Assembly (NCBI GenBank): GCA_030141605.1
Contig: JAQGDQ010000020.1
Location: 1,240,499-1,304,498, forward strand
Length of the DNA: 64,000 nt
From: Tubiluchus corallicola
Taxonomy: Eukaryota > Animalia > Priapulida
Direction: 5' to 3'
A program made the translations under genes and the position numbers. This document shows, piece by piece, positions 55,091-64,000 of the stretch (within the stretch, counting starts at the first letter, position 1; each line of letters begins with the position of its first letter). The notes under the pieces were generated by a model. It saw only the letters and a program-made list of their open reading frames with translations. It was not told the DNA's origin and made no database searches.

Positions 55091-55991
55091 TCAAAAAGCT
55101 TTCGATGGTGTTTGGATAAGTTGGCTACTGTACAAGTTGTATCAATATTGTATAGTGGTATTAAAGGCATCATTTATACGTATAATACGTATTAAAGGTA
55201 CGTATTATATCAATATGGTATTAAAGGAAACGTGTTGTGTCTTATTAGTACATTTTTAAAAAATAGGAAAATTGTTTTACGTATTAATGGCCATTCATCT
55301 CCAAAGTACAATTGTCAGTTGGGTTTCCCACAAGGTTCCGTTTTGTCACCATTACTGTTTGTTATCATAACAAGAATCCTTTATTTGCTGCCCTATCGGA
55401 ATTAATTTGTTAGAAATTTTACATCGTAATGGCGCGTTCAGACGCAGCGACTTCTCTCGTAACATGCTGCAACATGTGAACGGTTTGGCAACTTCTGTGA
55501 ACTGTTTAAGTTCGGTTTAAACAAAACGGGTCAAGTCTTAAAAAGTGTGATCGGTGAACTGAGAAACGTTGATTATGATTCAAAATACGTAATAATAAGT
55601 ATGTTTCTATATGAAGTAGTAGTAGAGGTAATAGTTGTTAGAATAGGAAGAGAAGGAGGAGGCAGAACAGGAGGAGGAAGAGCACCAGGAACAGCAGCAG
55701 TAGAAGCGGCAATAGTTGTTGAACAGGAAGAGAAGGAGAAGGCAGAGCAGGAGGAGGAAGAGCACCAGGAACAGCAGCAGCGACAATGACATTTTCTTCT
55801 CCCTTTTATCTTTGTTGCGAAAGGGGGGAAAATAAAAAACGGACAAAAGGAAGTAAAAGAAAAGCAAAAGAAAAAACTAAATGGCAAAATTATTAAGATT
55901 TTTAATAATCTTAAAATACCAAGTACTAGAAATAAAATACTTTGCGGTTTTTTAATGAAAATTAAAATAATTTGCAGCAAGATCTGCAATT

Positions 55992-56171
55992 TTATTGATA
56001 CATTAGAATGCTCAGTTATTGATACATTAGAATGCTCAGTTATTGATACATTAGAATGCTCAGTTATTGATACATTTGAATGCTCAGTTATTGATACATT
56101 AGAATGCTCAGTTATTGATACATTAGAATGCTCAGTTATTGATACATTAGAATGCTCAGTTATTGATACAT
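55992..56171. repeat. 24-bp tandem repeat (about 7.5 copies)
   Basis: ttattgatacattagaatgctcag. Confidence 0.97.
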
Positions 56172-56590
56172 AATGAACTATCTACACTAAAGTTGACAAC
56201 ATATATATATATATACAGTGTTCTGCTTAATAAATATTGTAACGCTTCTTTATAATTTACTAGCTACGAATTTGTGAAAAAGTGCAGAATCAGATTTACA
56301 GTAACATTGACATCTAAATAAATAAACAGTCTAAGATTCAACAAATGGCTAAACTAATAAGCACAGTGACTCAGAAATTACTCAAACTATATAGAAAAAA
56401 GTTGAAGAATAAAATAAGAATAAAATAGATAAAATTTAGAAAAGCTGAAATAACAAATAATATGGATAATAAACAGTGGCCATTATAAATATCTTCACGA
56501 GGTATGTGTTATCTCTTTCTTATGTCACGCTTGCTAAAAGATCACGCACATGGTTCGTTTTGCCATCTACAAAGTCATTAATTGAATTAT

Positions 56591-56710
56591 TACTACGGCC
56601 AAATCACGTTGAAAACACAGGTTCTCCTCTGATCACCGAAGTTAAGCAACGTAGAGCCTGGTTAGTACTTGGATGGGTGACCGCCTAGGAATACCAGGTG
56701 CTGTAGGCTT
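56591..56710 (+). rRNA. Full-length 5S rRNA-derived sequence (head of a SINE, probably not a functional 5S gene)
   Basis: 120 nt, ctacggcc...gatcaccgaagttaagcaacgt...ggttagtacttggatgggtgaccgcctaggaataccaggtgctgtaggctt; internal control region recognisable; no oligo-T terminator follows. Confidence 0.9.
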
Positions 56711-57139
56711 GCGGGATGCCCACACTGTATCTCGACACTAGGCGGAGGAGCTGCACAAGCAGCCAACGGCTAGAGGGTGGAGGAGGTCAAGTGACCCAAC
56801 AGCCATGTGTGGAGGAGTAAACCTTCCAAATCAAGATGGAGCCCCGAAGGCGGACCAGTGCAGCATGCTCACTGACTCCGGCAGTTCCTGCAACCAACCT
56901 GGTGCCAAACGTATCGCTCCGCTTTCCTTTGGACTACTCTAGGGAGGAAGAGAGGGGGTTCCTGTTGTCTGGGCAACTCAGGATCCCCATACACCTTGCC
57001 CAGGCGTGCGCCCTGGAGACGTTCAAGGATCGCACTGCTCAGCCACAGTCGACGCTGCAGCTCCATCAATGTGATCAAAAACTGACTCTCTTGGCGCACA
57101 CTCCATTGTCTTCCGAGACAGAAGGATGCCAACAACAAC
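56591..57139 (+). mobile_element. 5S-derived SINE (SINE3) with RTE-like body and 3' tail
   Basis: 10-bp TSD AATTGAATTA at 56580-56589 and 57140-57149; 57023-57085 translates SRIALLSHSRRCS..* (RTE ORF C-terminus-like); (CAA)n tail. Confidence 0.88.
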
Positions 57140-57219
57140 AATTGAATTAATTTAATTTCAAGAGTACTAATATGTACGTATTTTACACTGTACTTTTTGT
57201 ATGTTACATTAACTGATTA

Positions 57220-58192
57220 CGCTAGAACCATTTCTATGCCTGAATGTTGATTGAAATTCAGCTCATCAAACGCTAGAAGCATTTCTATGCCTGAATGTTG
57301 ATTGAAATACAACTCATCAAACACTGGAACCATTTCTATGCCTGAATGTTGATTGAAATCCAACTCATCAAACGCTAGAACCATTTCTATGTCTGAATGT
57401 TGATTAAAATCCAACTCATCAAACGCTAGAACCATTTCTATGCCTGAATGTTGATTGAAATTCAACTCATCACACGCTAGAACCATTTCTATGCCTGAAT
57501 GTTGATTGAAATTCAACTCACCAAACGCTAGAACCATTTCTATGCCTGAATGTTGATTGAAATCCAACTCACCAAACGCTAGAACAATTTCTATGCCTGA
57601 ATGTTGATTGAAATTCAATTCATCAAACGCTAGAACCATTTCTGTGCCTGAATGTTGATTGAAATCCAACTCATCAAACGCTAGAACCATTTCTATGCCT
57701 GAATGTTGATTGAAATTCAACTCATCACACGCTAGAACCATTTCTATGCCTGAATGTTGATTGAAATTCAACTCATCAAACGCTAGAACCATTTCTATGC
57801 CTGAATGTTGATTGAAATCCAACTCATCAAACGCTAGAACCATTTCTGTGCCTGAATGTTGATTGAAATTCAATTCATCAAACGCTAGAACCATTTCTGT
57901 GCCTGAATGTTGATTGAAATTCAATTCATCAAACGCTAGAACCATTTCTGTGCCTGAATGTTGATTGAAATCCAACTCATCAAACGCTAGAACCATTTCT
58001 ATGCCTGAATGTTGATTGAAATACAACTCATCAAACGCTAGAACCATTTCTGTGCCTGAATGTTGATTGAAATTCAATTCATCAAACGCTAGAACCATTT
58101 CTGTGCCTGAATGTTGATTGAAATCCAACTCATCAAACGCTAGAACCATTTCTATACCTGAATGTTGATTGAAATTCAATTCATCAAACGCT
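57220..58192. repeat. 51-bp tandem repeat (19 copies) starting at the kinase stop codon
   Basis: Unit tcatcaaacgctagaaccatttctatgcctgaatgttgattgaaattcaac; 17-aa period in ORF 57217..58221. Confidence 0.98.
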
Positions 58193-58673
58193 GGCTGCTT
58201 TCTTTTCTTGTTCTTCTCCACACGTCATCAACACGTCATTGGCTGAAAGAGGCGGTGACACAAACACGTCATCATCATCATAATCTTCCAATAGGAGTGA
58301 GGTTTCGGGACATTTTCCTGGACCAAACAAACTCAACTGCTGGGATAAACTCATGGCTGCTCGATAGCTTCCTGATCTGGTAGTTCGTGGTCGGATGCTG
58401 CTGTCCAATGAAGACACAGGCTGTATGGAAGATCCATTGAAGGCGCTACTTGAACTGCCAGTGAACAGAGCACCTGCAGACGTTCGACTACTTCTTGATC
58501 CTCTTGAACGGTTGTTGGAACAGGACGTCCTGCGGTTGGGTTTGGTGTTGTCCATTGTGCTGGTGGATGGTGATCGTCTAAACACGGCAGGTTCCACATA
58601 TGGCTGAAGACTTCCACTGACAGAGATTCTTCGGACTATGTTGCTCTCTGTGTTGGAGTCAAGAGTGACGTCA
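58184..58673 (-). CDS. Tyrosine-kinase-family gene, last exon (Ser/Arg-rich tail)
   Basis: tttcag acceptor in the phase required by the previous exon; runs into ORF 58184..58597 and ends KKAASV-stop. Confidence 0.82.
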
Positions 58674-59152
58674 CTGAAACAATTATTAAAGTCAGTTGAT
58701 TGTCAAACGAATCCTTTTGAACGAAAACTACGCCATCTTGAATTTTTCAACTTCCCCGAAGTGGCCCGCTAGACATCATCATTCAGATTCTTAATGTAAA
58801 GATCGTCACGAGTCAGTATTAGCAAAAACCCACGTGGACTCTCACACTAAACATACTAAAATAACTTTTCTACGAAAGCGTTTCATGGAATTTTGTTTGC
58901 AACGTTCTTCGAAAGTTCATTTTTTCCCAATTTCAAGGAAACAATTTCAATCTATTACTCCGTCAAACCACAAAACTGTTGGTACCTCAGTAACTTTACA
59001 CTTACTCAATAAACAGTATTCGGTGTTATTCTGTTCACACTCATAGAGGCGGCATAGAGGCAGTTTCGAGTCATTCTGCGAAGAACGGGTGGACCATTAT
59101 CAGAACACCTAATGTAACTTTAATGTTTCTAATTTAACGTATTCTCTGTGAT

Positions 59153-59661
59153 TCTGTGTTAAGAGATCCTATATAGCAACAAATCTGTGTTAACAGATCC
59201 TGTATAGTAACAAATCTGTGTTAACAGATCCTATATAGTAACAAATCTGTGTTAACAGATCCTATATAGTAACAAATCTGTGTTAACGGATCCTATATAG
59301 TAACAAATCTGCACTAACAGATCCTATATAGTAACAAATCTGTGTTAACAGATCCTATATAGTAACAAATCTGTATTAACAGATCCTATATAGTAACAAA
59401 TCTGTATTAACAGATCCTATATAGTAACAAACCTGTGTTAACAGATCCTATATAGTAACAAATCTGTGTTAACAGATCCTATATAGTAACAAATCTGTGT
59501 TAACTGATCCTATATAGTAACAAATCTGTATTAACAGATCCTATATAGTAACAAATCTGTATTAACAGATCCTATATAGTAACAAATCTGTGTTAACAGA
59601 TCCTATATAGTAACAAATCTGTGTTAACAGATCCTATATAGTAACAAATCTGTGTTAACAG
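59153..59661. repeat. 31-bp intronic tandem repeat (about 16 copies)
   Basis: ctgtgttaacagatcctatatagtaacaaat. Confidence 0.98.
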
Positions 59662-59774
59662 GCTTGATACTAGGGTTTTGCATTTATGTCGGAAAATATT
59701 CTACGCAGACTAATGTTCTTTGTACTGCAAACCAACGTTAGATAAAGTAAACTGTTCCTGCATATAATACTTAC

Positions 59775-59921
59775 TTATACATTTCGCCAGGCGTGTAAAT
59801 CACATTTAAATCTAAGTGCTTGTCTGCATGAGGTATCATTGCCTGCAATTCCTGAGTAATTGTACCAAATAGAGGACGTTTATTTGCATCATACTGCCAG
59901 CATCTGGTCATTATGTTATAC
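59775..59921 (-). CDS. Tyrosine-kinase-family gene, subdomain XI exon
   Basis: Hand translation YNIMTRCWQYDANKRPLFGTITQELQAM...; tttcag acceptor, GTAAGT donor, phase 2. Confidence 0.92.
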
Positions 59922-60048
59922 CTGAAATTGTAGAAAGAATGAATGCGATGTTAACATATAAAGCGTACGTCGCTTTGGCATTTGATATGAAACAAATGTA
60001 TCAGAAAACAATGTCAAGTTCAAGTGCACTGAAAACAAATGTAAAATA

Positions 60049-60429
60049 CCGTATTTATTCGAGTATAACGCGCAAAATTTTCTACATAAAAAAGAAGTCA
60101 AAGTTTGTGTGCGCGTTATAAACAAGTGCTGGGGTGAGGCGTAGATAAGGAAATAATCAATAATATTTGCGTCATCAGCAGACTTTGTCAGACGGTGCAA
60201 CGTCTAGACGGTTTGTCTAGGGTGTCTGGCCCACGAAAATCGAGCAGCTAGCCGAGAATTCACTGTACCAGAGACGAATGTTAGAGACTGGAATTGTTCA
60301 ACAACGTTTGTCACTTACAATGCTTGGTCTGAGCCGAGAAAAAGTGAAACAAAATTTTATACCGATTTTTAATCGAAAATTAGGGGTGCGCGTTATACAC
60401 GTGCGCGCGTTCTACTCGAATAAATACGG
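60049..60429. mobile_element. Tc1/mariner-like MITE in kinase intron
   Basis: ta|ccgtatttattcgagtataacgcgc ... gcgcgttctactcgaataaatacgg|ta. Confidence 0.88.
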
Positions 60430-60592
60430 TACATTGAACTAAATTAAACGTGTAAACAGACTAAAAAATAAACAAAAAAAGCTGTATGAAACGACAAAAA
60501 TGCCAAATATACATTTGCTAAATGGGATGAAATGTCAGAAACGGTGAAAGAGGTTCAAATTACATAGGGAAAATCGCTTAGCTTGTACTTAC

Positions 60593-60689
60593 AATTCATC
60601 AGAGCAGAAGTTAGTCTTCTCTAGTCTGTTTCCTCCTAGCAAAACGTTGAGGATTTCATCTTCTTCCATACCAGGATAAGGAGTTATAC
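60593..60689 (-). CDS. Tyrosine-kinase-family gene, subdomain X exon
   Basis: Hand translation GITPYPGMEEDEILNVLLGGNRLEKTNFCSDEL; tgtag acceptor, GTAAG donor; not in the ORF track. Confidence 0.93.
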
Positions 60690-61708
60690 CTACAATTTAA
60701 CAAAGATATAAATCTTGCTTGCTACACCACTGCATTCTTAAAATTCAGTTAAGTTTTATTTTCACTCAAATGGTGCAATCTTGCTTGTAATAACATCATT
60801 CCTAACTATTACAATTGTATGCTTGCAAACCAAAACCGTCCATAAATCGGCAAAGTTAAAACTACGTTATGATGCTTCAAAGTAGAATGCACCAAAATGT
60901 GGCCAAAACTCAATTTTTCGTTTTTTTATAAAAACGACTATTAAATATATTGGACTTTGATATTCCAGCATCAAATCATCAGGATAATGTTAAAGAAATG
61001 CTAAAAATCTAATTTTATAAACCCGTGCCCACTTCTGTGCCTAAAAGCTAGTACTACAATTGCAAAAAGTAGTCGTTGAAACAGTCACTTTGCTTCAGAT
61101 TTTTTTCTACTGCCAAGCCTAGAGCTTCGTCAGACTTCGCCATCTACAGGATTTAAGTATAACTTCAATGTGTTGCTGCAGAGTCCGTAGCAACCAACAT
61201 TTGTGCGGTTGCTAAGTGTTTTGTAGAAACGTGACAAAAAACAATGGCTAACTTCAACAGTGATTTTCTCAAGATTATGTTTTCCAGTGTGCAGCCTGCA
61301 CCTCACCTTCAACGTGGATTATCACAGCTTAGAAATAACATAGAGTGGTGAACTTGGTATCAAAATGATCCTCGTGAAATGGAGATTCAGGATACGTGAA
61401 TCACTAGAAAAGCTTAATTGACGACCTATGAACGATTTTGCTATGCAAGCACACATATATGCTGTTACGTTTGTGCAATGCGTGCATTGTATACTTATTT
61501 TCACTATTATTGCTTCATAAGAAGTTAAATTTTAAACAGTTTCAGCTGCAATATATTCATTTGAAGACAATTTTGCACAACTTCGTCATAAGGTAACTAA
61601 GGCTCAGTTGATATTTCAAATAAACTAATTGAAATCGTTTTTCAAGTAAAAAATATTTTTCGTGAACATAGACACTAGTAGCTTTAATCAAAATAGATCT
61701 AATCTTAC

Positions 61709-61822
61709 CCATAGTAGTAATCTCCCAGAGTAAAACACCAAAGGACCACACATCGCTTGCATAAGACCGCTTTCCATTCATCAAAGACTCAATTGCTGCC
61801 CATCTAACTAAAACCGTGTCGT
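61709..61822 (-). CDS. Tyrosine-kinase-family gene, subdomain VIII-IX exon
   Basis: VRWAAIES...[17 protein letters not shown]; ttgcag acceptor, GTAAG donor. Confidence 0.95.
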
Positions 61823-61931
61823 CTGCAAAACAAAAACACCTTATATATGTTTTTCTTTTCAAACTCTCGCAAAAATTATTTGTAAAAAGTTACAAGTTAA
61901 GTTAAACATTTTGAGTTGACACAAATTTCCG

Positions 61932-62516
61932 TTTTGACAGTAATAATTGACGTCATTGGTCTATCACTGCACCTCCGCCATTTTGACAGTAATAATTGAC
62001 CTCATTGGTCTATCGCTGCGCCTCCGCCATTTTGACTGTAATAATTGACGTCATTTGTCTATCACTGCACCTCCGCCATTTTGACAGTAATAATTGACGT
62101 CATTGGTCTATCGCTATGCCTCCGCCATTTTGACAGTAATAATTGACCTCATTGGTCTATCGCTGCGCCTCCGCCATTTTGACAGTAATAATTGACGTCA
62201 TTGGTCTATCGCTGCGCCTCCGCCATTTTGACAGTAATAATTGACGTCATTTGTCTATCACTGCACCTCCGCCATTTTGACAGTAATAATTGACGTCATT
62301 GGTCTATCGCTATGCCTCCGCCATTTTGACAGTAATAATTGACCTCATTGGTCTATCGCTGCGCCTCCGCCATTTTGACAGTAATAATTGACCTCATTGG
62401 TCTATCGCTGCGCCTCCGCCATTTTGACTGTAATAATTGACGTCATTGGTCTATCGCCATGCCTCCGCCATTTTGACAGTAATAATTGACACCATTGGTC
62501 TATCGCAGCGCCTCCA
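61932..62516. repeat. 49-bp intronic tandem repeat (about 12 copies)
   Basis: ttttgacagtaataattgacgtcattggtctatcgctgcgcctccgcca. Confidence 0.98.
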
Positions 62517-62712
62517 CTATGACGTAGCACGTCATACGTCATAACAACTCTCTTTAACAAGCAACTTGACAACTGATGTCTAATCAGCGGATAAACTGAC
62601 TGTCATTTTTCATTCACAAAATTTGCAAGGCAGCAGATATTTTAACAAGAAATTAAAACTTTAAGTAGCCAAAAGATGCCATCACAATTTTAGCAGAATG
62701 TAGTCGGGGCTC

Positions 62713-62717
62713 GTTGT

Positions 62718-62769
<52 letters not shown>

Positions 62770-62774
62770 CGTCT

Positions 62775-62817
<43 letters not shown>

Positions 62818-62842
62818 TGTTGTTGTTGTTGTCGTTGTTGTT
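62713..62842. repeat. (GTT)n(GTC)n(GTT)n microsatellite
   Basis: Direct reading. Confidence 0.96.
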
Positions 62843-62924
62843 CAGACAAGTTGAATTTTGCCAAGCGTTTGTAAGAACAGACCCCAGAGTAAGAGATTAC
62901 GAAAAGAAAGACGTATTTTTGTAC

Positions 62925-63066
62925 CATTTTCACTTTCTTCTTCTTCGTCTTTCATTGTGTCACGCGCACTACTGAAGTCGCTAATTTTGACTGTACCATC
63001 ATCTGTTAGCAGCACATTTCTAGCTGCCAAACTTCCATGAACGTAACCTTTTTCCGAAATGTAGTT
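62925..63066 (-). CDS. Tyrosine-kinase-family gene, subdomain VIb-VII exon (5' part lies beyond the window)
   Basis: NYISEKGYVHGSLAARNVLLTDDGTVKISDFSSARD; ttgcag acceptor, phase-1 GT donor. Confidence 0.9.
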
Positions 63067-63121
63067 CTGCAAAGCAAAATAAGATGAGTGAACTTTCTTG
63101 ATCCACTATATTATTATTATT

Positions 63122-63758
63122 ATTACTCTCGACACGAGCTGTCTAGTGTGAATGCCTCGTGAGTTAGTCTCGACACGAGCTGTCTAGTGTGAATGCCTCG
63201 TGAGTTACTCATGACACGAGCTGTCTAGTGTGAATGCCTCGTGAGTTACTCATGACACGAGCTGTCTAGTGTGAATGCCTCGTGAGTTACTCTCGACACG
63301 AGCTGTCTAGTGCGAATGCCTCGTGAGTTACTCTCGACACGGGCTGTCTAGTGTGAATGCCTCGTGAGTTACTTTCGACACGAGCTGTCTAGTGTGAATA
63401 CCTCGTGAGTTACTCACGACACGAGCTGCCTAGTGTGAATGCCTCGTGAGTTACTCTCGACACGAGCTGTCTAGTGTGAATGCCTAGTGAGTTACTCTCG
63501 ACACGAGCTGTCTAGTGTGAATGCCTCGTGAGTTACTCTCGACACGAGCTGTCTAGTGTGAATGCCTCATGAGTTACTCCCGACACGAGCTGTCTAGTGT
63601 GAATGCCTCGTGAGTTACTCTCGACACTTCTTGCATCTAATAGAGAAGCGAGTGTCAGCATCTACTATTGGACATTAATTTGCAGTGAGTTTTGCTCTCT
63701 ATTCTGAACACGCTTGCGACTTACTTTGTTGAAATAACTCGCTAGTCTGAATGCGCCT
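63122..63758 (+). mobile_element. Related Harbinger-like MITE (right part) with 41-bp tandem array
   Basis: About 12 copies of gagttactctcgacacgagctgtctagtgtgaatgcctcgt, then a right end aactcgctagtctgaatgcgcct|taa similar to that of 46346-46845. Confidence 0.72.
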
Positions 63759-64000
63759 TAAGTCCTCTAAAATAACTATTTATCAAAGTATGCTTATGAA
63801 AATGTCAGGTTTCCAGAATTTTTTTATATTGCCAGATATACTAGTGTTTGTAGCATTCGACACTGTGACATATGCATCTTTTTCTTCAGTGGCGACTCGT
63901 GTATAGCTACTGTGGAACTTCAGCACCCCCTATTTTCAGTCAGTATTCTCACTAATATTCAATATGATAAGTCTTTTTTCTTTAGTTCTTTCTTTATACT

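Noticed and set aside
56591-56710. Functional stand-alone 5S rRNA gene
   Set aside because: No oligo-T terminator, altered 5' end, single copy in the window, and enclosed with downstream sequence in a TSD.
56836-57150. 104-aa ORF in the SINE body as a gene
   Set aside because: No recognisable domain; the LINE-like peptide is in a different frame.

Overview
AT-rich, intron-containing animal (probably invertebrate) genomic DNA, not prokaryotic. Three protein-coding genes were assembled by hand with phase-consistent GT-AG junctions. (1) A complete 7-exon clan-2 cytochrome P450 (+, 1079-11321, 527 aa). (2) A complete 3-coding-exon DMRT2/Dmrt11E-type doublesex/mab-3 transcription factor (+, 41305-47928, 383 aa) that also carries a DMA-like domain and a C-terminal eh1-like motif. 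(3) The last five exons of a tyrosine-kinase-family gene (-, 63066-58184) whose catalytic motifs are degenerate (HRD->HGS, DFG->DFS), so probably a pseudokinase. The rest is repeats: several MITE families (Kolobok-, hAT-, Tc1/mariner-, Harbinger-like), LINE 3' fragments, a tRNA-derived SINE, many mini/microsatellites and a 753-N gap. The most notable items are a TSD-flanked 5S-rRNA-headed SINE with an RTE-like body, pseudoknot and (CAA)n tail (56591-57139); tandem arrays built from transposon termini; a 51-bp array that reiterates the kinase stop codon but is open in another frame; and an intronic 49-bp array of CRE/CCAAT/YY1-like sites. Family names come from motif recognition; no database search was run.
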